Shown here: positions 41,590 through 53,025 of the stretch, piece after piece
How positions within the stretch are numbered: position 1 is the stretch's first letter
Layout: every line of letters starts with the position of its first letter
NCBI GenBank assembly: GCA_963921275.4
Contig: OZ001293.3
Span: forward strand, 1,568,001-1,632,000
Source of the DNA: an uncultured Hormoscilla sp.
GTDB lineage: Bacteria; Cyanobacteriota; Cyanobacteriia; Cyanobacteriales; Desertifilaceae
Direction of reading: 5' to 3'
Length of the DNA stretch: 64,000 nucleotides
Made by a program: the position numbers and the translations under genes
The notes under the pieces: generated by a model
Databases searched by the model: none
Told to the model about the DNA's origin: nothing
Seen by the model: the letters and a program-made list of their open reading frames with translations, nothing else

Positions 41590-42561
41590 CTAATATATAC
41601 GAATCAAAACGTAATCAGCCAGGTCCCTTAGAGCTTGGCGAGAGTCAGAGGGTGGTAAAGAAGCTAAACAATCGATAGCGCTACTGGCGTGGTATGCAGC
41701 TAATTCCTGAGAACGCTTGATGCCATTACTTTCTTTAATCACAGCCACAGCCTTTTCCAAGTCTTCTGATTGAGTGAACTCTTGGGAAATCATTGCTTCC
41801 AGGTAGGGTTTTTCTTCCAGAGCATATAAGACTGGTGCTGTCAAGTTTCCACTACATAGGTCCGAACCTGCTGGTTTTCCTAAAGTTTTAGTTGAACCAG
41901 TGAAATCGAGAATATCATCGACAACTTGGAAAGCCAGTCCCAGATGACGGCCATATTGATATAAATTTTCCGCTATTTCCGGAGACACCTCACTGAGTAC
42001 TGCGGCAGCCTTACAGCTATTAGCAATCAAAGAAGCCGTTTTATAATAACTCTTTTCCAGGTAAGCCTCAATTGACAAACTGGTATCAAATCGATTTAGT
42101 CCCTGTCGAATTTCCCCTTCCGCCAGATCCATAATCACCTCTGATAGCAGTTTGACCACCTCCAGGTTATCCAAGGAAGCCAAATACCAGGAAGATTGGG
42201 CGAACAGGAAATCTCCTGCTAACACTGCGATGCGGTTGCCAAAACGGCTATGTACCGTCGGTATGCCGCGACGCACTTCTGAAGAGTCCACCACATCATC
42301 ATGTACCAGACTAGCCGTGTGGATCATCTCTGTAATTTCCGCCAGCTTTCTGTGGCGTTGGGTAATATCCTGGTTCGGCATTGTTGTCCGCGAGACCAAC
42401 AGGACTATCGCCGGTCTTACCCCTTTTCCCTCTGCGCCGAATAGGTGTTCTGCCGCTGCGTACAGGATCGGGTGACGAGCAGGAACAAGCTGCTTCAAGT
42501 TTTCCGTCAGCAAAAGCAGGTCTGCTTCCACCGGATAAAATATTTTTGTGCGATCGGTCAT
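41590..42561 (-). CDS. sds: Solanesyl diphosphate synthase
   Basis: HTASLVHDDVVD and FQVVDDILD motifs. Confidence 0.92.
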   Translation of the reverse strand: MTDRTKIFYPVEADLLLLTENLKQLVPARHPILYAAAEHLFGAEGKGVRPAIVLLVSRTTMPNQDITQRHRKLAEITEMIHTASLVHDDVVDSSEVRRGIPTVHSRFGNRIAVLAGDFLFAQSSWYLASLDNLEVVKLLSEVIMDLAEGEIRQGLNRFDTSLSIEAYLEKSYYKTASLIANSCKAAAVLSEVSPEIAENLYQYGRHLGLAFQVVDDILDFTGSTKTLGKPAGSDLCSGNLTAPVLYALEEKPYLEAMISQEFTQSEDLEKAVAVIKESNGIKRSQELAAYHASSAIDCLASLPPSDSRQALRDLADYVLIRIY

Positions 42562-43218
42562 GGATCAGCCGACTCTAGCGCTAGGTTACAAAAATTTACA
42601 TATTTACTCTATTCTAAGCCAAACCTGCGGCATCTGACAGCTAATATTAAGATTTGTTAACTTTTTCTCAAAATTAACTACAGCCGCAGGAAATTTTGTG
42701 TTATTTTAATTATTAAGGATTTCAAATTTCTTTAACCAGATCGAGACTGACCGGCGCTCATCGGAGATGACAGTTCAAACACTCGCGGTTGATCTAGGCA
42801 ATCACAAACTTCCTTTTCAAGGTGGTTGTCAAGTCCTCAGTCCAGTTATGAAGTCAAAGGTCTTAAGTCTGATGGACCTAGTAAATTGCGGCTATGATAT
42901 CTGTGGGTTATCCACAGGTTAAATTATTCTGGCCGTAAGCATATACCGGCGTCAGTGTTAGTCAAGGGCGAGGTTTGGCGATCCATATAATTTGAAATAC
43001 CCTAACCGTTTGCTCTCCGCTATCCGTGTAACTGTGCTATGACTTACAAAGATCTTCCCCTGATAATTCCCGTTCTGGCCACGGCTTATATCTGTGTAGT
43101 TTATCTGATATTAATTCTGGCACAACGAGGTGTCAAGTGGTCGCGAAGGACGATAAATCGTTCTGCTTCGCTAACGCGCAGTTCTGTCCGCTAGGGCGCG
43201 GGGCAGAATTTCGACAGA

Positions 43219-43643
43219 TCAGATTTGAGATTGCGCACGAGATGAGATCTCAGCTAGCTGGGCTCGAACTTTTGTGAGATTTACATGTTCCACCTTAATT
43301 GTACAACCTAGCCACTGAACTGACAATTGGGCAAACAGCTCCGGAGAGCCGCTGACTCCAAACCGGGTTGGTAAAAGAGAGCGCGAATTTCTGTATCCTA
43401 GTTCTTGAGCGGCGGCGGCAACTACATGTACAGCTGGGTCAACTAACTGCACTGAGTGGGGTAAAATCCGGCGGAGCACTGGACAAACTGTTGGATTTGG
43501 GCCAGTTCTCGGGTGCCATAGGGGAGTCGAGCCGTATCGGCAAAATAAAGAATCGACTCCCCAGATAGTTGCTGGTATATCTGTCTCAAAACAGTCAGAC
43601 CACCAACACCACTGTCAAAAATCCCAATCCGTCCGTTTTGCAT
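43219..43643 (-). pseudogene. murI: Glutamate racemase with a large internal deletion
   Basis: IGIFDSGVGGLTV..FADTARLPYG joined out of frame to VLRRILP..LVDPAVHVV; both catalytic Cys motifs are missing. Confidence 0.88.
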
Positions 43644-45603
43644 CTGTCTGTATTTTCTGTAACTTCCCAGGCCCGACATGACTAATTTGCCGCAGATACC
43701 GAACAATCCCCTCCGCGATCGCCTCAGCCATGCGGCGGCGGTAAGCCGGGTTACTTAATCTAGCCGCATCTTCAGCACCGGTTACAAACCCAGTTTCCAC
43801 TAAGACGGCGGGCATAGAAGTTTTCCTGAGAACGTAAAATCTAGCTCGCCGCACTCTCCGGTCTGGAATACCAGTGCGTCGCAGAATGCTGTCGTGGATA
43901 GTCCTGGCCAGGCGTCCGCCAGTGTCATAGTAATAGGTTTCTAGCCCATTCACATCGGGACGACTGAGACTAATCGCATTAGCGTGGATGCTGACAAATA
44001 AACTAGCATTTACCCGTTCGGCAAAATCCACCCGGGGCTGCAAGTCAATTTCCCGATCATCATAGCGAGTCATTACTGCTTGGATGCCTTGTCGCTGCAA
44101 GATTGTGGCCACGTGTCGGGAGATCTCCAAGACTACCTGTTTTTCTTGCAAGCCGCCAATGCCAATAGCACCAGGGTCTCCCCCACCATGACCGGGATCG
44201 ACCACCACGACAAGGCGCGAATTGTTTGTCCGACCAGGATTCCGAGGAGAAGGCCGTGGTTGAGATAAAGATGGATTAGGAGGTGGCACATCAATCACGA
44301 TCGGACCAGTGGTTCGATTCACCGGCGGGACTGTCAGATTTCTGGTGGCAATGGGTGACAGTAGCAGGGATATATCTTGACCAGACTGACTGAAATTTTC
44401 GATTGTGTAACCGAAAACTGGGCGCAAGGAAACCACTACTCTGTTAAGATCTGACTGCTCTATACTCAGGTGCGACAAGGGATCAGTTGAATTTAACTGG
44501 GGTGTTCTAGTTTGGCTACTCAGTCGTGCCCGAGAGATTGTCAGCTTGTAGACTGCGGGTGTTTCCCATCTACCCATAGCATTCACCGGGCGATCGGTCC
44601 TGATTATCAGTCGAGATCCAAACAGTTGAACCGACTGTATGGTAGCAGTTTGGTCAGACCCAGGATCGGCGCTAGCTAACTGTTCTCTAACTGGCCAAGT
44701 CTGACCGTCTGAGGGCAAGGCAGTACTGCGACGGTCCGGTAAGAGTATAATCGCGTTTCCACTAATCTGTGCCTGCCAATTGGGGCTATCTTCTGTGACA
44801 GAAAGAGTAATACGAGTAACGGCAGGTGAGGTTTCAACTTGAGAGAGTCTGACCTTTTTAACACCTTTGCTGTCGATCGATAATTCTCGCTGCCTCAGAT
44901 TAGGATCGATGCTTGCTCCCGGTAGGTCGATATTAATCTCCGTGCCATTTTTACTGCGCTCTACATTTTTAATTTCTGGAGTTTCCCCTCGGGTGCTAAT
45001 GAAAAAACCACCATGGGTCACCCGCAGATTCTCCACTTGAATTCTCGATCTAGGTATATCACTCTCCGATGTCCGTCGGGTAGTGCGAGTAGCGCTCCCG
45101 GCGGACATCATAGGGGCTGGTCGAGTACCAGGATTTAACGGTGGATCGAAAGGCTCCACCTCTAGCGGAGGATATACAGGTGGAGCCTGTGGGGCGGGAG
45201 GAGATAGATTTAAGGGTTGGGGAGTCGGTAATTGAACTAGCCACTGGCTCGGAGTAGCTCCTTGAAATCTGACTTGTTGTGGGTCGAGGGTATAACCCCG
45301 AATCAATTCAATCACAATCCTAGTAGTTCCAGGGGTAAACTGCCTCACCCGGACCGATCGAATCCCCGGTGTTTTCACCGGCTGCTCTTGCATGCTTCTC
45401 CCTAACCTAACTCCGGGTAAATCAATCACCAGACGAGTGGGGTTGAAGATCAGTTGCGCTCTGGGCTGAACGCGGCTGGATGTCGTAAACTCTAAGCGGT
45501 TGCGGTTAGCATCAAAGCGCCAAAACTGTAAGTTAGCCGCTTGTACGGGACTCGATAGCAGCCAAACACCTAGAGCACCAGATAATAGCCAATGGAATTT
45601 CAC
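43615..45603 (-). CDS. amiC: N-acetylmuramoyl-L-alanine amidase with AMIN domains
   Basis: Signal peptide; RLVIDLP (AMIN); VDPGHGG, SIHANA and LVETGF. Confidence 0.92.
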   Translation of the reverse strand: MKFHWLLSGALGVWLLSSPVQAANLQFWRFDANRNRLEFTTSSRVQPRAQLIFNPTRLVIDLPGVRLGRSMQEQPVKTPGIRSVRVRQFTPGTTRIVIELIRGYTLDPQQVRFQGATPSQWLVQLPTPQPLNLSPPAPQAPPVYPPLEVEPFDPPLNPGTRPAPMMSAGSATRTTRRTSESDIPRSRIQVENLRVTHGGFFISTRGETPEIKNVERSKNGTEINIDLPGASIDPNLRQRELSIDSKGVKKVRLSQVETSPAVTRITLSVTEDSPNWQAQISGNAIILLPDRRSTALPSDGQTWPVREQLASADPGSDQTATIQSVQLFGSRLIIRTDRPVNAMGRWETPAVYKLTISRARLSSQTRTPQLNSTDPLSHLSIEQSDLNRVVVSLRPVFGYTIENFSQSGQDISLLLSPIATRNLTVPPVNRTTGPIVIDVPPPNPSLSQPRPSPRNPGRTNNSRLVVVVDPGHGGGDPGAIGIGGLQEKQVVLEISRHVATILQRQGIQAVMTRYDDREIDLQPRVDFAERVNASLFVSIHANAISLSRPDVNGLETYYYDTGGRLARTIHDSILRRTGIPDRRVRRARFYVLRKTSMPAVLVETGFVTGAEDAARLSNPAYRRRMAEAIAEGIVRYLRQISHVGPGKLQKIQTDAKRTDWDF

Positions 45604-45699
45604 GAACCGCTCCTCTTTTTTGTCAAAACTCCTCGGTCATTGGTCATTAGATGTTTCTGACCAATGCTAAGGCAAAAACCACAAAACCTGATGACGTTG

Positions 45700-47235
45700 C
45701 TACTTACTTCGATCTGACTCTTTGAGCGACTCCCTTAACTCTTGTTCCGATTGTTCCCGAACGGTAGCTGATACTTCTGCTTTGGGACTCTTTGGTGTCC
45801 CAGTAGGAGTTTCTGGCTTGGTGTCGGATGCTGGCAGGGTGAACACTACCCGCAATAAGGGCGGCGCTAGAAAGGTCGTCAAAATCACCATCATAATAAT
45901 TGCAGCTTGCAAGGGTTCTGAGAGGGCACCACTAGCCGAACCGACGCCTGCAAACACAAGTCCCACTTCCCCTCTGGGAATCATGCCGACGCCAATTGCC
46001 AGCCGGTTAATTTTGCCCGACGCGCCAAACACTGTCAATCCCGTAACTACCTTTCCTACAATTGCTACCACAATCAGGAAGCTAGCGATAATCAGACCCT
46101 CCCGATTACTGGGTACTGCTGGATTTAGCACTCCCAGATCGGTTTTAGCACCAACGGTAACAAAGAAAATTGGCGTGAACATATCGGCAACGGGAATGAT
46201 TTTCTCTTCCAGTTCTCGGCGCAGTTCCGTTTCTGCCAGAATCAGACCAGCAGTAAAGGAGCCAAGTATGGCTTCTAATTGAATCGCGTCTCCAATGTAG
46301 GACAGAATAAAGGTGAAAATGAGGGCAGCAATCAACAGCTGACCCCGCGTTTGCAGTCTTTTGACTAGCCCGACAAAATAGGGCATCAAAAAACGACCCA
46401 ATAAAATCGAGCCAATCAGGAAAACTCCAGCACTGATAATTAGATAGATGACGTTAGTGACTTCGATCTCACCTGTCTCGGCCAGAGAAGCTACCACGGC
46501 CAGAACGATTATACCGAGTACATCGTCTATCACCGCTGCGCCAATGATAATCTGACCTTCGGTAGAAGTAAGACGCTGTATTTCTGCTAGCACCTTAGCC
46601 GTAATGCCAATACTGGTGGCAGTCAGAGCAGCCCCGGCGAAAACGGCTGGGACTGTGGAGACATGAAATAGATAAATCAGCCCAGCTGTACCAGCAGCAA
46701 AGGGTACAATCACCCCAGTCACAGCCACGACTGTTGCGGTGGGTCCGGATTTAAGCAATTCCTTCAAATCTGATTCCAGACCAATTTCAAACAATAGCAG
46801 GATCACGCCCAGTTCCGATAAAACGGAAATGACTTCGCTGGAGGCTTCAAACACGCTGTTGGAGGTTTCTGGGGTGAGATTGGCTGTTCCTTGCAGGAAG
46901 ACCATAATCACGGAATCGGAACTTTGGGCCCCTCCTTCTGGAAAAACCAGCAAGTTCAAGGCAGATATGCCCACAACTACGCCGCCGACCAGTTCGCCTA
47001 AGACGGGGGGCAAGTCGATTCTGGCACAAATCTCGCCGCCGACTTTGCTAGCCAGGTAAATAACAACTAAACTCAGTAACACTGCTGCCAGTACCATGGA
47101 AGTGCTAGGGGGGGCTGCTGTTGGAGTTGCTGTTGCCAACAGGACTTGTCCGGGGGGCGCTCCTGGGATGAAGTTGGTTGGGGTGAAGGTAGTCATCCAG
47201 GCAATTGCATCAACCATTGGTTCCCTATAACTCAT
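45700..47235 (-). CDS. nhaS3: CPA2 Na+/H+ antiporter (NhaS3-like)
   Basis: LFEIGLESDL, ATSIGIT, GAAVIDD and GMIPRGEV. Confidence 0.85.
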   Translation of the reverse strand: MSYREPMVDAIAWMTTFTPTNFIPGAPPGQVLLATATPTAAPPSTSMVLAAVLLSLVVIYLASKVGGEICARIDLPPVLGELVGGVVVGISALNLLVFPEGGAQSSDSVIMVFLQGTANLTPETSNSVFEASSEVISVLSELGVILLLFEIGLESDLKELLKSGPTATVVAVTGVIVPFAAGTAGLIYLFHVSTVPAVFAGAALTATSIGITAKVLAEIQRLTSTEGQIIIGAAVIDDVLGIIVLAVVASLAETGEIEVTNVIYLIISAGVFLIGSILLGRFLMPYFVGLVKRLQTRGQLLIAALIFTFILSYIGDAIQLEAILGSFTAGLILAETELRRELEEKIIPVADMFTPIFFVTVGAKTDLGVLNPAVPSNREGLIIASFLIVVAIVGKVVTGLTVFGASGKINRLAIGVGMIPRGEVGLVFAGVGSASGALSEPLQAAIIMMVILTTFLAPPLLRVVFTLPASDTKPETPTGTPKSPKAEVSATVREQSEQELRESLKESDRSK

Positions 47236-47318
47236 CGGGGTATACTGTACAGGTTTATTTACACATTGGGCGAAATTAGATTTACCAATCGGTCTATGGC
47301 TGCGCCCCCAGCGCAGCG

Positions 47319-48134
47319 CTATCGGCCGAACACCCGATGCTTTAATGCAGGCATCTGACGCCGCACTTGTTGCAGGCGTGAGGGGTCAATGTTAGCGCAC
47401 GCCACTCCTGGCGCTTCCCCAGCATCGGCGAGAATCATCCCCCAAGGGTCAATAATCATGGCGTGGCCGTGAGTTTGGCGCAAGGCATAATTGTTCCCAG
47501 TTTGGGCGGGGGCGATAACGTAGCAGGTGTTTTCGATCGCTCTTGCTTGCAGCAGTACTTGCCAATGGTCTTTGCCCGTGTAGGCGGTGAAAGCTGCTGG
47601 TACAAACAAGATATCTGCACCTTTTGATGACAGATGCCGGTACAGTTCCGGAAACCTGACATCATAGCATACGGAGAGTCCCATCACGCCTAAGGATGCG
47701 CAAGCGTAGACTGGCGGCAACTGGGTTCCTGGTTGGACTGTTAAAGATTCGCGATAGGTGTTGCCGTCGGGGAGGTTCACGTCAAACAAATGGACTTTCT
47801 GGTAACGGGCTACTTCGCTGCCAGTTGAGTCTATTAATAAAGCTGTATTATAGACTTTGTCTGTGTCTACCGGTACGGGAAAGCCTCCGCCGAGGATAGT
47901 AATTTGGTACCGCTGCGCCATGATCTGAAGAAATTTTTCGCTCTCTTGGGCAATTATTGCCGCCTGAGCCAGTTTTTCTGACTCGCTGCCCAAGAAGGGA
48001 AAGTTTTCTGGTAAAGTTACCAGTTCGGCTCCCTGATTCACGGCTAGATCTATCAGTTCTTCTGCCTGTACCAGGTTTTTTTCCAGGTCCGGCACGCTGG
48101 TCATTTGAATGGCGGCGGCTAAATACGACTTCAT
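47319..48134 (-). CDS. Carbon-nitrogen hydrolase (Nit1-like)
   Basis: LPENF, YQKVHLFD and VCYDVRFPE (E-K-C triad). Confidence 0.92.
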   Translation of the reverse strand: MKSYLAAAIQMTSVPDLEKNLVQAEELIDLAVNQGAELVTLPENFPFLGSESEKLAQAAIIAQESEKFLQIMAQRYQITILGGGFPVPVDTDKVYNTALLIDSTGSEVARYQKVHLFDVNLPDGNTYRESLTVQPGTQLPPVYACASLGVMGLSVCYDVRFPELYRHLSSKGADILFVPAAFTAYTGKDHWQVLLQARAIENTCYVIAPAQTGNNYALRQTHGHAMIIDPWGMILADAGEAPGVACANIDPSRLQQVRRQMPALKHRVFGR

Positions 48135-48570
48135 TTGTAACGGTGGAGCTTGTGAGGAACAGATTTATTTAGCATATCTCTTCTGCTGTCAATCCCATAG
48201 AGTTGCCCCGCGACCACCGCGCTAACACCGGCGATACAGAGTCCACCTGGGACAGCCCCACGGGAATGAGACCATGCTCTGAGTGGGAGATGACTACTCT
48301 GTAAACTAAGTAGTCAGTTGTTAGTTGTCAGTTGTCAGTATACAAGATACCCGAAATTCCCACATATAAATGGTTTAAGCTAGTTTAACAAAATTTTACA
48401 CGGGTTAAAACCCTTATTATCTACTATCATTTTCGCGAGCGAGCTGTTATTTATTCAAATATTAAATCTTTATTTCGATATCACTTGATTCCTTTATTTT
48501 TCTTAACATTTTAGATAGATTAATTATCTAATGAGGAAAATTTTAATAGATCGCATTCAATGAGATAGTA

Positions 48571-50080
48571 ACGTGAGTTCGACGAAGCTTAAACGCGCTC
48601 TCCAAAAGCCAGTCCTAACTTCACCGAATCCAGGCAGCAGCAAGCAATTGTCAATACTTAAATACTACATTGAGGAATTTTTCAACTAGCAGCGATTGTT
48701 GAGAACAGCCGAAGGGATCGCGGCCTTGCAGAATTTTTTGTTTGAGTTCAAGGACTTGTACGGTTATCTGCCGGTCCCCTATGGCCAGAGTCGGGCGATC
48801 GAGGGTGAGAGTTTTTCCCAAAAAGAAGTCACCAGACCTATAATAAAGATAGTTTTCACGAGGTCTGATGTTATGGAAATTAAAAATCCTCTTGATCTTA
48901 CTCAAATTTTTGGCGACGTGGATGATTTTTGCCAAAATGAGAGAATACTACTGGCAGCAGCAACCGCTGTTGACTTCAATAACCGGGCTCGGTGAAAAAT
49001 TATGCCGTTCAAGAATGAGTTTGAGGGAAGTGATGACCATGGCAATTGCTTTTCTAGGTTGCTGGCTTTAGAAATTTAGGTGAGTTTTATACTCTACAAG
49101 TAATCCCCCACTGGCCTAAGGCAATCCCTGTATCTGGTCAGTTATAATCCTTTTGTAGATGCCTTGGTCATTAATGTTGTTGTGTTGTTTTTGACAGACT
49201 ATAAGGGGTCAAATTACTGGTATTAGTTTCGTTGATTCGACTCCAATTGAAGTCTGTCATCCCTGCCGTTCCAAGTCTCATAAGGTATTTGAGGGTTTAG
49301 TTGGTTGGGGAAAAAATTCTCTGGGCGATATCACTTGACAGCCATGAGCTCCTATCGTCTCATGGCTGTCAAGTGATATCGGGATGGCACTAGGGAAACA
49401 AAGCTGCATCTAATTATTAATGATCAAGGAGAACTGCTTGCATTTAAGCTCACACGGGCGCAATGTTGACGAGCGCAAACCGGGACCTGACTTAACCAAA
49501 GATATAATCGGTAAACTATTTGGAGAGCGTGGATATATTCCCCAAGAGTTATTTGAGAAATTATAGGAGGGAGGTTTAGCAACTGATTACCAGTCGGTGT
49601 CTCCTATGCATGTGCGATCGCCCAGGCCCATGTGCAGGGCATGTAGCGCGCTGCCGAAACGTGGGTAGTGCTCAACCGCGCTCCCACGTTTCGGCAGCAC
49701 CAGGAGACACCGAAGCAAGAAAAATATGAAACAGAAATTAATTAAGTTAATAGATAAAATTTGATTGCGGAAACGGGTCTTAATTTAAACAGTTAATGAC
49801 CCCCCTTAGAACATCTTTAAAATCGAACATTCCCGCCACAGAGTGGAATTTTTTAGTCAATCTTTTGGCTGGATTAACAGCTTACACCTATTTACCTAAA
49901 AAACCATCCCTCGATTTAATACCAAAAGGCTTACCTGCTCTACCTCCGGCTGTGTTTTAACTCTTCTAGAGGGAGCTCGTCCTGAGCAGAAGTAGTGAGT
50001 ATTTTTGCTGTTTGCAACAAGAGCACATGCTACAGGATATAGTACTGACAACTAACAACTGACAACTGTCGAACTGACGT
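48571..50080 (+). mobile_element. Degraded IS982-family element
   Basis: TIRs ACGTGAGTTCGAC / GTCGAACTGACGT; 7-bp target duplication GATAGTA; transposase fragments DVDDFCQ, FVDSTP, KLHLIINDQGE and IEHSRHR. Confidence 0.88.
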
Positions 50081-50736
50081 GATAGTAAATTGACATACAC
50101 CAGTTGAATCTCTCATACTTCTTTGAGGTTTTAGATTGCCAAACTCTCTCGTCGAGAGAGTTTCAGGTATTATCTGTAGCAATATTTGGGTTAAATGAGA
50201 TCGGCCTACAGTGAGGCGATCGCACTTTCCCGACTAGATTACCAGTCCTAAAACTTCTCTTTATTCCCGAAAATATTGAGCCAATTAAGAAAAAATCAGA
50301 AAGATAGAAAAATCTATGTTACAATGCCAATAAGATCGCGCCCCGTACCCGCCGCGTGCCAACTGTTTGGGCTGCACTAGATGGGATGAGCAATCATACT
50401 CAGTTATTAGAGAATAGGGCATCTGATTAAACGAGTCTCAAGCTTCCACTTGGGGTAAGCTTGAGTGGTAGGCTGACGTGGCCCACCCCCTGTTTGCCAG
50501 AAAGGGAAGGGTTGTGGTGACGAGGTCGGTGACTTAAGAGACATGCAACCAGAGGGTAGCATTACCACTGACAAGCAAATTCCTCCATTAAAGATACAGG
50601 TACTCTCACATGGATTTGGCATCCCATCAGTTTATCTCCTATTTTGAACCAGAACAAGTATCCGGGTGCATCTCACTTTTGCATCTGTGACCTATCATAG
50701 AATTTTATCTATGATAAAATTTATTGGCTTTGGCCA

Positions 50737-51645
50737 AGGATGCATCTTACTTTTGCAAAAACATCATGTAGAAAGGGTCCCATTTATATAAGCACAACGT
50801 AAAGAAAGTATTTGGGGAAGGTTGGATATATTCCATTGAGCCCCTGAAATTTTTATCCGTGTTCCCATACGTTTAATCACTGATTCTATTGAACCAGAAC
50901 CGATAGAACTCACTGATTCTAACTGATAATACTGATAATCAATTATTCGAGAACGATGTTTTTCCAAATAATTACATAAATTCTGAGTTTCTTTTTGATC
51001 CGATTGAATAATAGTATTGTTTCATCAACTTTTCCCGACCAGAGGAGATTTTTAGCTTTTTTTATCCTCGTAGCCTCCTACTTTATGAAGATTTTCCTTG
51101 AGATGATACCAATCTAATATTTCTCTTCTCTTGCCTGGTTCGCCTATCTGTTTAAATAATTTCCAAATTCCTGCATGTCCATCTCCTAGACAATAAAATG
51201 GAGCCAAAAGTTTTTGACAATTTACCCAATCAAGTTGGCTCTTCTTGAAAAAATGCTCCGCAATATATCCCACTGACTGCTTTATAATCTTTCCATTCAC
51301 AAGCTTGTCCTTTTTCTTCTGTTCTAATCCTTGCTTTTCCACCAGGCGACTTCTTTCACTCCCAATACTGATGTTGGCAACTCAAAATCCTGCCTTTGAA
51401 CTAATCTATGTAATGTACTATGACTAATTTTTATTCCCGTGAGCTCTGCTAAATCATCTTCAGTTTTTTGATTCATTCGCACAACATAGCATTTTTCTCC
51501 ATTTTGGGACTGTATTTCACATGAGACTTCAAAATAATTAGCTTGTCGATTGGTGATTGATATCTTTCCCTGTTGTCAATTGACGTTTTTTTCCTGTTTT
51601 TATCCCCGTATTCAATAATTTGTGAGTTCTGGACCCACTCTTTCG
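50737..51645 (-). mobile_element. Degraded ISKra4-like transposase, left end lost
   Basis: CLGDGHAGIW, EILDWYHLKENL and SIGSGSIES..KISGAQW; end motif GATGCATCTTACTTTTGCA, with a second similar end at ~50663. Confidence 0.75.
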
Positions 51646-51647
51646 AG

Positions 51648-52463
51648 AAGCTTCTTAACCAGTTGGCTGCACTGGAAGCGCAGCTGCGGGACACCCAGTT
51701 CCTGGCGCCTTGCGTGCGTGGGGGTTCGGTGCTCGCGAATGTGGCTGGTATTGTCTACAGCTTCACGCCCAAGCCCCGCAAATTTGAGGGTTGGGGCATC
51801 TTTCAGCCGGTGGATTCCAAAACTGCCGAAGTTGTCGAAGAACCTAGCTTATCCCAACTAGGGGAATATCTCAATTTGCTCAAACCTCTGCGTCTGCGCC
51901 TCGTATACAAATTGCTTGGACAAACTTGGCTAGCTTATCCAGTCAATGAGTCCGATGCCCGACAGCGGTTTGGTAAAGTTAAGCCAGTGCCGGTGCATCT
52001 TGTGAGTGAAGGGGGACAATTTGAACAAATCATTGCCCGTGTCGATGGCAGGTCTTGGTGGTTTGAAGAGATCGATCGCCGTGCGGATCCACTGGTGATG
52101 GAAAAGTTGACAGAGCAACTTAAGCAGGTAACGGCACCCGAGGAGATCCAGTTCAAGGGGATGACGCCGGAAATGCGGACTGTTTACCAGATGGCTGCGT
52201 CGCGGGTGAAGGATTTTCAGACTGCAAGTGATGAGAAAAGTTTGCAGAAGGCGTTGCGGCAAGGTGGCGGCGAGTTACAAGACTTTTCCGATAAAGGTGA
52301 TTTCTGGCGGGTGGAGTGGACGACGGCGGATGGTACACGCCATAATTCTGCTATTGGCAAGCATGACTTAACGGTGATTAGTTCTGGGATTTGTTTGAGT
52401 GGGCGCGATCGGGATTTTGATCTGCAATCTTTGGTAGGAGTGATGAAAGGACGAGACCGCTGA
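51648..52463 (+). pseudogene. Conserved hypothetical protein whose first codons were replaced by IS sequence
   Basis: KLLNQLAALEAQLRDTQFLAPCV..SGICLSGRDRDFDLQSLVGV; the ORF's first ~25 codons are antisense IS DNA. Confidence 0.6.
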
Positions 52464-52541
52464 AGATGCGTGAGGGGGCGTCTCGTCCGCCCTACATCCC
52501 CATTATTTTGAGGCTACACTAGGCTGCTTGAGAACTCCCGA

Positions 52542-52937
52542 TCAGGTTAAGAATAAACTGGAGCCATCGAACATCTCAATTGTAAAATCAGAGCCTGAAA
52601 CTGATATTTTTGATGTCAGATATGGTAATACTTGGAAGCAAGTAAGAGTACGATCGGGGCTGAATAGCAAAACTTCCAACTCACTCAGGACTGCGGTGAA
52701 ATTATCTGCGATCGCAATTTGGAAAAGGGGCGTCATTAGGGACATGGCTATGCAAATGTGACCCTTTTCCAAATCTATTGCTGCTAACCTTTGATCCACT
52801 CCCACCCAAAGAGTACCGCCATCGCTTGACAATTCAACACAGGGAGTAATTATATCCCTTCCCCCAACAAAGTCCGTAATTCCCCAATGTTTTGCCCAAG
52901 TCGATAATCCCAAATACGTGAGAATGTTCGTTAACAA
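52542..52937 (-). CDS. Hypothetical protein, possibly truncated
   Basis: 131-aa ORF only. Confidence 0.4.
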   Translation of the reverse strand: MLTNILTYLGLSTWAKHWGITDFVGGRDIITPCVELSSDGGTLWVGVDQRLAAIDLEKGHICIAMSLMTPLFQIAIADNFTAVLSELEVLLFSPDRTLTCFQVLPYLTSKISVSGSDFTIEMFDGSSLFLT

Positions 52938-53025
52938 TTATCTTTCAGGTGGCTTCAAGTTGATTGAATTATAATTCACTAATCCTTTTGATATGGCCTT
53001 GGCTGTCCGCAAGGTTCATCATTTA

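Noticed and set aside
42410..42440. sds inactivated because it reads GKGVRP instead of GKRxRP
   Set aside because: The key Lys and Arg and both DDxxD motifs remain, and the ORF is open.
50407..50682. 71-aa ORF and a second IS-like end
   Set aside because: Probably transposase debris; too degraded to assign.
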